From a virus: a stretch of DNA of 64,000 nt. The stretch lies in IMG/VR virus record IMGVR_UViG_3300020419_000859; one strand, 5' to 3'. The position numbers and the translations under genes were made by a program. The notes under the pieces were generated by a model, which was not told the origin of the DNA, made no database searches, and saw only the letters and a list, made by a program, of their open reading frames with translations. Of the stretch, positions 9,734 through 18,469 are shown piece by piece; the first letter of the stretch is position 1, and the number at the start of each line of letters is the position of its first letter.

Positions 9734-10135
9734 ATGGCAAACATTACAAGTATAAACTTCGTTGAAGATACTCACAACAGACTAGCTGGCGGAAATATAG
9801 ACGCAACAGTACGTTGGTCAGACGATGTTATTATCGGTGGAGTACCAGTACTAACCCTAACTAACGACATGGGTGGTCCTGCTGGCGACACTAGAGTACA
9901 ACATTTAGAGTATGTATCAATGAACGCTCCAGACGAGGCGTTATTCAGAATAACTTTAGGTGCAGACGCAAGAGAAAACGGACAAAACGGAGACACATTG
10001 TCAGTTGGCGAAAATGCAATGGCACTTAACGGTGGTACAATCGTAAACCGAGTGACTCAAGAGAACGCAACTATAACGAACTCAGCGGCTATCGGTACAG
10101 CAGCAGGAACAGTAGAAGTATATACACCTGCTTAA
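9734..10135 (+). CDS. Paralog of the C-terminal domain of the 9139 protein
   Basis: Shared VG.NA..LNGGTI......N.TIT....IGTAAG. Confidence 0.6.
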   Translation: MANITSINFVEDTHNRLAGGNIDATVRWSDDVIIGGVPVLTLTNDMGGPAGDTRVQHLEYVSMNAPDEALFRITLGADARENGQNGDTLSVGENAMALNGGTIVNRVTQENATITNSAAIGTAAGTVEVYTPA

Positions 10136-10149
10136 TAATAATGAAATTC

Positions 10150-10175
10150 TATAGGTGTCCTAGTGGGCACCTATA
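10150..10175 (+). terminator. Hairpin / probable intrinsic terminator or processing site
   Basis: TATAGGTGTCC-TAGT-GGGCACCTATA inverted repeat just after a stop codon. Confidence 0.55.
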
Positions 10176-10241
10176 TAATAATAACAATTGATGTAGGAAA
10201 TACCTACAGTAGCATTCCCGAAAGGGTTTAAAGGAGAAAAA

Positions 10242-10703
10242 ATGGCAGACAAAAAGGTAACACAATTAACGGATCTAGGCACAGCTCTAGACACAGCAGA
10301 TTTATTTCATGTAATTGATGACCCAAGTGGTACACCTATTAACAAAAAAATATCAGCTGAAAATGTATTCAATAATATTCCAAGTTGGATTGCATTAAAA
10401 CAAACAGCACAAACAATAACAGCAAGTGGATCAAGTCAAGCGGCTGATCTAACTTCAGCTATTACTTTAGTTGACGCAACATCAAACACAGCGCCAACTT
10501 CATTAGCAGCTGCTTCAACAGATGGACAAATTAAAACAATTTTAAATGCGTCTACTGGTGGAACAAATGCAGTGACAATTACACCAGCAAACTTTAAACA
10601 AGGTACAACGGTTACATTAAACGCTCCAGGTGAGTCAGTGACTTTAATTTACAAATCAAGTTTTTGGTATGTACTTGCAGGTGAGGGTCACGTAGTAGCT
10701 TAA
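10242..10703 (+). CDS. Putative virion structural protein
   Basis: MADKKVTQLT..DLFHVIDD..NKKIS N-terminus seen in phage fibre/decoration proteins. Confidence 0.55.
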   Translation: MADKKVTQLTDLGTALDTADLFHVIDDPSGTPINKKISAENVFNNIPSWIALKQTAQTITASGSSQAADLTSAITLVDATSNTAPTSLAAASTDGQIKTILNASTGGTNAVTITPANFKQGTTVTLNAPGESVTLIYKSSFWYVLAGEGHVVA

Positions 10704-10727
10704 TATATAATATAATAGGAGTATATA

Positions 10728-10919
10728 ATGGTAATTGATGAAAAAGTATTACAGGAAGAAAAAGAGTTATTAACTAAAGAGTTTAACGAACTTTCTTCAA
10801 AAATTAAATCGGTTGAATTGAATGTTGGTACTATGAAGGCAAATTTAAATGCAGTCAATGGTGCAATTCAAATGACCGATAAACTATTAAATAGGTTAAA
10901 AACAAATGAAAAAATTTAA
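10728..10919 (+). CDS. Small coiled-coil hypothetical protein
   Basis: ORF with SD AGGAG. Confidence 0.5.
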   Translation: MVIDEKVLQEEKELLTKEFNELSSKIKSVELNVGTMKANLNAVNGAIQMTDKLLNRLKTNEKI

Positions 10920-11037
10920 ATCATTCGTAAAAGAAGAAGATTTAAAAGATTTTGAGGAAGATGTTTTAGCAGGCAAAAAGCCTGCTGAAGCGCCTGAAGA
11001 AACAAAAGAGGAAGAAAAAAAAGATGAAAACATTTAA
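10906..11037 (+). CDS. 43-aa acidic peptide with capsid-targeting-like leader (below the ORF track cutoff)
   Basis: MKKFKSFVKEEDLKDFEEDVLAGKKPAEAPEETKEEEKKDENI; overlaps both neighbours. Confidence 0.5.
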   Translation: MKKFKSFVKEEDLKDFEEDVLAGKKPAEAPEETKEEEKKDENI

Positions 11038-11452
11038 AAAGTACGTACAGGAACACATGACTGTTGGCGTTGGTACACCTGAAGTAAATTCTGTTGAAGA
11101 CGGAAGTATGGGTGTTCATAACATACATGATCCTAAAATTTTAGAGAGAGTGAATGCTTTTGTTGGTTCTATTGCTGAGAAGGAATATATTAATCCTTCA
11201 GCTGCTGTTGAACAACTAGCAAATAAATTGAAAACAATTGGACTAGAAGTAAAACTACCAGCAATGGAAGGCACTAATGGTACAATAACAGGTGAAGTTT
11301 GCCAATTCGGTGGAAGATTTGGTAAAGACGTAGATGGTTCTGATATTAATGATGATGGTATATCTCATAGAAAAGAGGGTGGCCTTAAACTAGAGGTTAA
11401 GTACGAAACATTAAAAACAGGATCAAGTAAAGTCTACGCTAAATTAGTGTAG
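11024..11452 (+). CDS. Conserved hypothetical protein (possible internal protein)
   Basis: Leader MKTFKKYVQE. Confidence 0.5.
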   Translation: MKTFKKYVQEHMTVGVGTPEVNSVEDGSMGVHNIHDPKILERVNAFVGSIAEKEYINPSAAVEQLANKLKTIGLEVKLPAMEGTNGTITGEVCQFGGRFGKDVDGSDINDDGISHRKEGGLKLEVKYETLKTGSSKVYAKLV

Positions 11453-11456
11453 AACG

Positions 11457-11819
11457 ATGTTTAAAGAAATAACCAAAGATAACTGGTTGCTTTTTGCACA
11501 ACAAAATTATGATAACCCTACTCTAGAAGATGAGAAGGAGTTTTATGAAGATATTAAAAGAATAAGATATCTTAAAAGGTTATTTCGTAAGTATACGACA
11601 ACAGGTAATCTGAAAGTAAGATTGGTAGTTAATCACTTAATTATCTTACAAAACGTATTCGGAGTTGAAGCGGCGATTACTTTACTCTTGTTTAAGATAG
11701 ACAAGAAATATTGGGGTATGCTTAAAACATTTTTAGAGTACCTAGAATACCTATATCCACATGAGTTAACTGATATTCAAGGTGATCCTAAAGTAGAAAA
11801 AATGTTAGAGGAACTATAA
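11457..11819 (+). CDS. Conserved marine T4-like hypothetical protein
   Basis: LFAQQNYDNP..EFYEDIKR..YLKRLF..NHLIILQNVFG pattern. Confidence 0.6.
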   Translation: MFKEITKDNWLLFAQQNYDNPTLEDEKEFYEDIKRIRYLKRLFRKYTTTGNLKVRLVVNHLIILQNVFGVEAAITLLLFKIDKKYWGMLKTFLEYLEYLYPHELTDIQGDPKVEKMLEEL

Positions 11820-12295
11820 TGAACAGAGGTGTAGATTTATTAATAACGTATAGAATTGTTAAGTTATTGGCGACGCCTTTTAACAAACAAGAAGCTTTTA
11901 AACTCGGTATCATAGATGAGAAAGGTACTGTTTTAAGAAAGTATAGAACTTTACAAAAGTCTTCAGAAAAAAGAGCATACACAATGCTACACAGGTTTGT
12001 ATTCAATTTAAAAAGAATATTAGCAAAGGCAGGAATTAGAGGTGCTTTAGGTTCTTTTGCAGTGGCAGCTGCTCTTTTATTTAAAGAAAATAAAGAGGCA
12101 AAAAAACACCAATTGGTAATAGAATCCGCTGTGATTACATATCTAAAACAGATAGATCAATACAATTCAATGATATCGGAAGACATAAATATACCAGACA
12201 TACAGGAGACGCCAGTTATGAATTGTTTTGGTGTTGATGTATTTGAAAAAGATGGAGAATTAATAAGCGAGTACGAATATGACAAGACATTATAA
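11819..12295 (+). CDS. Conserved marine T4-like hypothetical protein
   Basis: YRIVKLLATPF..AFKLGIIDEKG..YT.LHRFVFNLKR. Confidence 0.6.
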   Translation: MNRGVDLLITYRIVKLLATPFNKQEAFKLGIIDEKGTVLRKYRTLQKSSEKRAYTMLHRFVFNLKRILAKAGIRGALGSFAVAAALLFKENKEAKKHQLVIESAVITYLKQIDQYNSMISEDINIPDIQETPVMNCFGVDVFEKDGELISEYEYDKTL

Positions 12296-12644
12296 AGCAA
12301 TGATGGACGAAATCATTAACAAGATGGACGAAGACGCTCCAGCTAATGCTACAGGTACGGCCGTTGCAGGAACAGGTGACGACAACTCTGTACATACAAA
12401 AAAATCAGAATTAGATAAGATGAAAAGACGTGATCCATTGGCAACAGGATATGTTGGATCAGTTGTACCTTTATCAACAAGAATTAAAGAGAGTGACGAT
12501 AACAATAGTATGATGTTAAAAGGTGTGTTAGATAAAATTGATAGTATAGAAGTTAAGATAGATGAAATGACACAACCTAAAACAGAAATTATAGAAACAA
12601 AAGAAAAAGAATATAAAACATTTAAGGACAAATACAATGCTTAA
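12279..12644 (+). CDS. Hypothetical protein
   Basis: Coupled ORF; EDAPANATG.AVAG motif. Confidence 0.5.
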   Translation: MTRHYKAMMDEIINKMDEDAPANATGTAVAGTGDDNSVHTKKSELDKMKRRDPLATGYVGSVVPLSTRIKESDDNNSMMLKGVLDKIDSIEVKIDEMTQPKTEIIETKEKEYKTFKDKYNA

Positions 12645-12834
12645 AACTTTTGAAGAATATCTTACAGGTAAAAAGAAAGAGAAAAAAGTTAAGAAAGAAT
12701 ACATGGGTTCTGCTGTTGCAGGTCAATCGGGTCCAGGTTTAGGTAGATTTAGACCCACAGTAAGTATGTATAAAAAGTCCGAAGGAACAGCTTTACATAA
12801 GTACCTAGTTAAAAAAGGTGTTTTAAAAAAATAA
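12637..12834 (+). CDS. Small basic hypothetical protein
   Basis: Leader MLKTFEEYL. Confidence 0.45.
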   Translation: MLKTFEEYLTGKKKEKKVKKEYMGSAVAGQSGPGLGRFRPTVSMYKKSEGTALHKYLVKKGVLKK

Positions 12835-12842
12835 GGAGAACA

Positions 12843-13442
12843 ATGGAACATTTAGATTTGTTAATACAATTAGCAACGAAATTCTGGATGTGGACTGTAT
12901 TAATAACACTAATTATAATTGGTGCAATTATTAACTGGTCTGACAGAATACATTTAAAAGGCAGAGATAGAAGATTTAAATATAAAGAAATGCCACATAT
13001 GAAACCTATATTGATACCAACTAAATCAAAAGGTTTTTGGGGTGGTATATTATTATGGTTATTAACTGTAAGAACATGGGAACTAGCCAAAGATTTTAAA
13101 TACGAACTAGACGGAACAAAGTATGTTATACCAGAAGGCTTCGTGTTTGATGGTGCAAGTGTACCAAAATTTTTAGCTTCGTTTTTATCTCCAGTAGGTG
13201 TTTTACTTATTGGTGGTTTAGTACATGATTATGCCTACAAGTACACGGCTTTAAGACAACAAGGTACTACAAAAGGTGCAATCACAATATTAGATAAAGC
13301 AGAAGCAGATAGAATATTCAGAGACATTAATATAGAGGTTAACGGATTTCATCTACTAAACTATTTAACTTATTGGGTATTAAGAGGTTTTGGTTTTGTA
13401 GCATGGAATAAACACCGAAAGGTAAACGCTAAAATAAAATAA
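12843..13442 (+). CDS. DUF1353-family protein with N-terminal TM segment
   Basis: IPEGFVFDGASVP..LVHDYAY..AD.IF. Confidence 0.75.
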   Translation: MEHLDLLIQLATKFWMWTVLITLIIIGAIINWSDRIHLKGRDRRFKYKEMPHMKPILIPTKSKGFWGGILLWLLTVRTWELAKDFKYELDGTKYVIPEGFVFDGASVPKFLASFLSPVGVLLIGGLVHDYAYKYTALRQQGTTKGAITILDKAEADRIFRDINIEVNGFHLLNYLTYWVLRGFGFVAWNKHRKVNAKIK

Positions 13443-13504
13443 GGATATACATGAGTAAATATCAAGATTTTAAAAACAGCACTATAAAAAAAGGGAGAAA
13501 ACAT

Positions 13505-13663
13505 ATGGAATGGTTAAAAGGAAGATGTAAAGAGTTATCATCATTACATGGTGGTGCTCTAATTGCAATGGGACTTGTTGTTCTATTTGCAGGTCCATTT
13601 GCTAAAATGGCAGCTTGGGCTGCTATCGCATACGGAGTATGGGCAATTTGGAAGAAGGACTGA
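13505..13663 (+). CDS. Small two-TM membrane protein (holin candidate)
   Basis: MEWLKGRCKELSSLHGGALIAMGLVVLF..AWAAIAYGVWAIWKKD; SD GGGAGA before ATG 13505. Confidence 0.45.
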   Translation: MEWLKGRCKELSSLHGGALIAMGLVVLFAGPFAKMAAWAAIAYGVWAIWKKD

Positions 13664-13673
13664 TTGACAATCC

Positions 13674-14138
13674 ATGGGAATTAGATTATTTTTTATAGGC
13701 ATTATAATCAGCGCCGTAATAGGCGCTGGTGCCTATGTTATGAAATTGCAAAAAGACAATGCAATTCTAAAAGAGAACGCAGTTAAATTAGAGTCTGCTA
13801 TACAAGATCAAAAAACTCTAATAGAAAATCAACAGAAAGATTTTCAAGAGATATTAAAAGCTAACAATAAAATGAACGAGTTAGTGGGTGTCTTAAAAAA
13901 AGATTTAGAAAACCTTGATAAAAGGTTTAATAAAAAGAATAGAGACGTTGGTAAGTTAGCTATAGCTAAAACTAAATCTATTGAAAGAATAACAAACGGT
14001 GCGTCAGCACTTGCTACAAGATGTATTGAGATCGCAAGTGGATCACCTCTAACAGAGGAAGAAAAAAATGCTACAAAGAAGTCAGAGATTAATTCTGAAT
14101 GTCCTAGTATTGCTAACCCTAATTACGTGCCTTACTAG
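13674..14138 (+). CDS. Inner-membrane spanin (Rz-like)
   Basis: N-terminal TM followed by a coiled coil; overlaps the downstream lipoprotein gene. Confidence 0.65.
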   Translation: MGIRLFFIGIIISAVIGAGAYVMKLQKDNAILKENAVKLESAIQDQKTLIENQQKDFQEILKANNKMNELVGVLKKDLENLDKRFNKKNRDVGKLAIAKTKSIERITNGASALATRCIEIASGSPLTEEEKNATKKSEINSECPSIANPNYVPY

Positions 14139-14448
14139 TTGTAGTAGCGTAAAGAAGTTAAGCATATTTAAGGAAGAAGTTAAGAGACAAGAACTTAATC
14201 TAGAGAAACCTACACCACTTGAATTAGAAAATTTAAGGTGGATTATAATCACTTCAGAAAACGCAGACGAGGTATTTAAAAAACTAGAAGAAAAAGGCAT
14301 AGATCCTGTACTATGGGGTCTAACAGATAAAGATTTTGAATTGTTAGCTAAGAATTTCGCACATATACGTAATCAATTAATGATTACAAATGAATTATTG
14401 GATAAGTATAAAGAGTATTACGAGCCAGAGGAGAAAAAAGATGAGTAA
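14068..14448 (+). CDS. Outer-membrane spanin lipoprotein (Rz1-like)
   Basis: Signal peptide with lipobox LTSC; 71-nt overlap with the i-spanin. Confidence 0.65.
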   Translation: MLQRSQRLILNVLVLLTLITCLTSCSSVKKLSIFKEEVKRQELNLEKPTPLELENLRWIIITSENADEVFKKLEEKGIDPVLWGLTDKDFELLAKNFAHIRNQLMITNELLDKYKEYYEPEEKKDE

Positions 14449-14899
14449 AGACAGATTTGACGTGAGTGAAAATACAGCAATAAGCATGCCAATCCGGAAC
14501 ATGCTGGCCATAATCGGTGCCGTGGCCGTAGGAGTGTGGGCTTATTTCGGCGTGTTGGAACGTATCACAATGCTGGAGACTAAAGCACAACTAGCAGAAA
14601 AAGATTTAAATCAAGTTGTTGAAACACTTGGTAACGACATAGAAAAAAATAACGAATTTAGAATTAAGTGGCCTAGAGGAGAATTAGGTTCACCACCTGC
14701 CGATTCCGAGCAATTTATGTTAATTGAGCATATCGCAGGTCAGGTGGAATCCATACAGCAACAAATGGAAAATATGATGAACAATGGCGTAAACATAAAA
14801 AGACTTCAAGAGGATGTTAAGATCCTACGAGAAGATGTGGAAAAATTAAAGGACAGTAATAGAAATATTATATATCAAAATGGAACGAAAACACAATAA
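14441..14899 (+). CDS. Membrane-anchored coiled-coil hypothetical protein
   Basis: Likely start MSKDRF (SD GAGGAG); one TM. Confidence 0.5.
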   Translation: MSKDRFDVSENTAISMPIRNMLAIIGAVAVGVWAYFGVLERITMLETKAQLAEKDLNQVVETLGNDIEKNNEFRIKWPRGELGSPPADSEQFMLIEHIAGQVESIQQQMENMMNNGVNIKRLQEDVKILREDVEKLKDSNRNIIYQNGTKTQ

Positions 14900-15224
14900 A
14901 GATAGATCATCAATACTAGCTTTCATAGTAGCAATACCTTTAGTAATTTGTTTACTAATGTCAGGTGTATTTGCACAAAAATTATATGTAGGTGGAGAAA
15001 AATACGAGAAAGATGGTGTAGTTGCTTTAACATTAACACTTAACGGTAAATTAATTGAGTGGGTATACAAAGAAAATATAGGCCAATGCTTGAAATCAAA
15101 AAGGATAGCAAGTAGAGAAGTTGGTGGAGAAAGAGTTATATTTGCTTGTAAAATGGTAAAAGCTTTACTACAAGAAGATAAACAAGCAAAATATGGTATT
15201 AGGTTATTAAAAATAATTGAATAA
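14880..15224 (+). CDS. Secreted/membrane hypothetical protein
   Basis: Signal-like N-terminus. Confidence 0.45.
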   Translation: MERKHNKDRSSILAFIVAIPLVICLLMSGVFAQKLYVGGEKYEKDGVVALTLTLNGKLIEWVYKENIGQCLKSKRIASREVGGERVIFACKMVKALLQEDKQAKYGIRLLKIIE

Positions 15225-15243
15225 ATAAAAGTGAGGTAATATT

Positions 15244-15666
15244 ATGGCTAAATTAGGTGACAAAACCGATTACAGTTATAGAGTAAAAAGGGTAACAAAG
15301 ATAGTAGATGGCGACACAATAGACGTGGTGCTTGATATGGGATTTGATATTCTATTTGCACAAAGAGTTAGATTATTTGGTATAGATACGCCAGAATCTA
15401 GAACAAGAGATTTAGAAGAAAAGAAATACGGTCTTAAATCTAAAAAATTTCTACAAGAACAAATCAAAAAAGCAAAAAAGATTACAATCAAAACATACAA
15501 AGATTCAGAAACAGGTAAGTTTGGTAGAATACTTGGCGATGTATGGTGTGATGGTAAATCTGTTAATCAATTAATGTGTAAAGTAGGCCATGCTGTAGCA
15601 TACTATGGTCAAAATAAAAAACTGGTTGAAGCTGCACATTTAAAAAATAGAAAAAGAGTGAGGTAA
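15244..15666 (+). CDS. Thermonuclease (SNase-family) nuclease
   Basis: VDGDTID, RVRLFGIDTPE, GKFGRILG, L..G.A. Confidence 0.9.
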   Translation: MAKLGDKTDYSYRVKRVTKIVDGDTIDVVLDMGFDILFAQRVRLFGIDTPESRTRDLEEKKYGLKSKKFLQEQIKKAKKITIKTYKDSETGKFGRILGDVWCDGKSVNQLMCKVGHAVAYYGQNKKLVEAAHLKNRKRVR

Positions 15667-15668
15667 TT

Positions 15669-15875
15669 ATGAGTGATAATCAATTCGGACATGATTCACA
15701 TGAACATGATAAGACTTATGAAAATGAACAAAGTATGGTTACTATTCCTTTAAAAGAATATGACAGATTAAAAGATCAAGGTAAATATATTACCGATCAA
15801 AGTTTAATATCTGTAATAGATAAGATAGAGGAACTTGTAAGAGCTTTGAGAAAACATATACATAGACATTATTAA
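15669..15875 (+). CDS. Hypothetical protein
   Basis: Coupled ORF. Confidence 0.45.
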   Translation: MSDNQFGHDSHEHDKTYENEQSMVTIPLKEYDRLKDQGKYITDQSLISVIDKIEELVRALRKHIHRHY

Positions 15876-16156
15876 TGGACTTATTTTTTCAAATACTAAT
15901 AGAATTTGGACTACCTGTAGCAGCTGCGTCTGTTATGGGTGTGTTCATCTATATCATTTTAAAATATATTTTAGGTGGTATTGTAGGCTCTGTTAAGAGT
16001 TTACATGGTATAATCATGGGATTAGAAAACAGAATAGATACCATGAATAACGACCTAATACATATTGACACACTTATGTCCTCTGCTTTAAATTTGAAGC
16101 CAGATTTAGATAGAATTGCTAGATCAGATGGTAAGAATGACGCACGGAAAGACTAA
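15875..16156 (+). CDS. Small membrane protein, paralog A (holin-like)
   Basis: FGLPVAAA..MG.FIY.I..I TM, then a coiled coil with .NDLI.I.T. Confidence 0.5.
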   Translation: MDLFFQILIEFGLPVAAASVMGVFIYIILKYILGGIVGSVKSLHGIIMGLENRIDTMNNDLIHIDTLMSSALNLKPDLDRIARSDGKNDARKD

Positions 16157-16410
16157 TGACGGTAATTGAAATACTAAATCAATATGGATTTGCGACAGTG
16201 GCTGCCTTGGCCATGGGTTGGTTTATATATTTTATATACACTTTTATTACACAAGAGATTACACAAAAACTCAAAGAGGCTTCCTCAGCCTTGATAGTCC
16301 TACTAGATAAAATCAGACGATTAGATAATGATCTGATAAGAATTAAAACTAAACTGAACACAATTCTTACAGTCCGAGAACAAGAAAAATTTAAAAAGAA
16401 GGACGATTAA
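16156..16410 (+). CDS. Small membrane protein, paralog B (holin-like)
   Basis: YGFATVAA..MG.FIY.I..I and .NDLI.I.T shared with the 15875 protein. Confidence 0.5.
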   Translation: MTVIEILNQYGFATVAALAMGWFIYFIYTFITQEITQKLKEASSALIVLLDKIRRLDNDLIRIKTKLNTILTVREQEKFKKKDD

Positions 16411-16411
16411 T

Positions 16412-16419
16412 TATAAATA
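16412..16419 (+). promoter_or_regulatory. T4-type late promoter
   Basis: TATAAATA 5 nt upstream of the csgF ATG. Confidence 0.65.
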
Positions 16420-16424
16420 TACGT

Positions 16425-16910
16425 ATGAAAACATCACTAGGAAAGGTGATGTTAGTAGTGTTTTTATATACTTCCTTGATTTCATCAATACTGGCATCCG
16501 AACTAACACATGAATTTAAAAATCCTGCCTTTTCTGGTAATGGCTACTCGTCTCATGTACTTTCTATAAATCAATTAGAAGTACAAAGAGAACAAAAAGC
16601 ATTTGATGACTTAAAATCAGCAGCTGCGGCCGCTGAAAGAGAAGAAAAAAACAAGACGGTAAATAAATTTATCGCCAATGTTGAGAGTAGAATTTATGCT
16701 AATTTATCCAAACAGTTAGTAGATAACATGTTTGGTACAGAATGCGACAGTAGTACTACTACTTGTCCAACAAGTGGCACATCAGAAATTGAAGGTGCTA
16801 CCATATCATGGGTAAAAGATACAACTACCGAAGTGATTACTTTAACGATTACAGCTGATGATGGAACAGTGACAACTATGTCTGTTCCTATAGGTGACTT
16901 TAAATTTTAG
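16425..16910 (+). CDS. csgF: Curli assembly protein CsgF
   Basis: Signal peptide then SELTHEFKNPAFSGNG (CsgF NP.FxG motif); F...VESRIY..LS.QL; adjacent to csgG. Confidence 0.8.
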   Translation: MKTSLGKVMLVVFLYTSLISSILASELTHEFKNPAFSGNGYSSHVLSINQLEVQREQKAFDDLKSAAAAAEREEKNKTVNKFIANVESRIYANLSKQLVDNMFGTECDSSTTTCPTSGTSEIEGATISWVKDTTTEVITLTITADDGTVTTMSVPIGDFKF

Positions 16911-16918
16911 GAGAAATA

Positions 16919-17758
16919 ATGTTTAAAATATTAGCCGCTCTTTTATTAGGGCTGACTTTGACAAGTTGCGCTACGAATAAAAATATGGAAATATATAAAG
17001 GTGAGGCACCTTTTATTGAGGGTAGTACAACTAAAGAAAGATTATTGGCTTTACCTGATTTAGATAATCAGCCAATAATTACTATTGCTGTATACAGATT
17101 TACGGACCAAACAGGTCAGAGAAAACCTAGTACAAAGTTTTCTCAATTATCAACTGCTGTCACACAAGGTGGTAGTATGTTTGTTGTAGACGCTTTTAAA
17201 TCTATCTCTGGTGGAGATTGGTTTCAAGTGTTAGAAAGAGAAGGATTAGATAATCTAATTAAAGAAAGACAATTAATTAGATCAACTAGAACAGAATACG
17301 ATGGCGAAGCGAATGCTGGTAATGTTTTAAAACCACTTCTTTTTGCCGGAATAATAGTTGAAGGTGGCGTTATAGGTTATGATAGTAATATAAGAACAGG
17401 TGGACAAGGCGCTAGGTATTTGGGTATTGGAGTAAGTGAACAGTACAGAGTAGACGTGGTAACAATTACATTAAGACTAGTATCTGTACAAACAGGAGAA
17501 ATTTTATTAAATGTCAACGTGACTAAAACAATTGCTAGTCACGCAAAAGGTGGAGACGTATTCACATTTTTAGATATGAATACAAAGGCTCTAGAAATAG
17601 AAAGTGGCGTATCAGTAAATGAACCGGTAACATATGCCATAAGATCAGCCATAGAGCACGGAGTACTAGAAATAGTATATATGGGTAAAGATAAAGGTTA
17701 CTGGAAGTTTAAAGAAGAAAAGACAAAGGGAATACACAACAATGAAAACATTAATTAG
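16919..17758 (+). CDS. csgG: Curli secretion pore lipoprotein CsgG
   Basis: Lipobox LTSC; AVYRFTDQTGQRKP, STAVTQG, WF.VLER.GL.NL.KERQ.IR, EGG.IGYDSN..TGG.GARY.GIG. Confidence 0.95.
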   Translation: MFKILAALLLGLTLTSCATNKNMEIYKGEAPFIEGSTTKERLLALPDLDNQPIITIAVYRFTDQTGQRKPSTKFSQLSTAVTQGGSMFVVDAFKSISGGDWFQVLEREGLDNLIKERQLIRSTRTEYDGEANAGNVLKPLLFAGIIVEGGVIGYDSNIRTGGQGARYLGIGVSEQYRVDVVTITLRLVSVQTGEILLNVNVTKTIASHAKGGDVFTFLDMNTKALEIESGVSVNEPVTYAIRSAIEHGVLEIVYMGKDKGYWKFKEEKTKGIHNNENIN

Positions 17759-18425
17759 CTTTATATTATTCATCTTGATGACAAATTTATCATGGTCTAA
17801 TGATATATACGTCACACAGTCAGGTGCTAGTCTTGATTTAGATATAACACAAGACGGAGAAAATAACACTGTTGGTAATAGTACAACGGCGTCTGCTTCT
17901 GCTGGTGCTACGACTATATTAAACATAGATCAAATAGGAAACTCAAACGTAATTACATATCAGATTAACGGTGCAACATACACAGGTGTTATCAATTTAG
18001 TTGGTAACTCAAACAATGTTGATTTAAATTGTGATAGTACAGCCGGTAACTCATCATGTGGTAGTGCTAATGCAGTAATTAATTTTACAGGTAACTCAAA
18101 CGACATTGATTTAGATATAGGTCAAACATCATCAGCTACTTCAGCAGATGTTGATATAGTTGGTCAATCAGGTTCTGATTCAAACGTTGTTGCTGCTACT
18201 GTTGATGGTAATAGTGCAATCTTAACAATCACAGTAAATGGTGATACTAACAATTATTTAATTGACATAGACGGCAATGGTGACGCTAACGGTCATACAT
18301 TAATACACTCACACACAGGTGGTATTGCAGACGTAGATATTGTTCAAAGTGGTACTAACGATAACATGATTACGTTAACAACAAGCGGAGATAACGCAGA
18401 TATTGATATCTCTCAAACAGACTAA
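17742..18425 (+). CDS. Curlin-repeat (CsgA/CsgB-like) secreted protein
   Basis: Signal peptide; repeated I/V-x-Q-x-G-x-x-N beta-arc units; N/D/G/S/T-rich. Confidence 0.7.
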   Translation: MKTLISFILFILMTNLSWSNDIYVTQSGASLDLDITQDGENNTVGNSTTASASAGATTILNIDQIGNSNVITYQINGATYTGVINLVGNSNNVDLNCDSTAGNSSCGSANAVINFTGNSNDIDLDIGQTSSATSADVDIVGQSGSDSNVVAATVDGNSAILTITVNGDTNNYLIDIDGNGDANGHTLIHSHTGGIADVDIVQSGTNDNMITLTTSGDNADIDISQTD

Positions 18426-18469
18426 TATGGATTACATAAACATTATTTTATTTTTTGGGATTATTTTAT

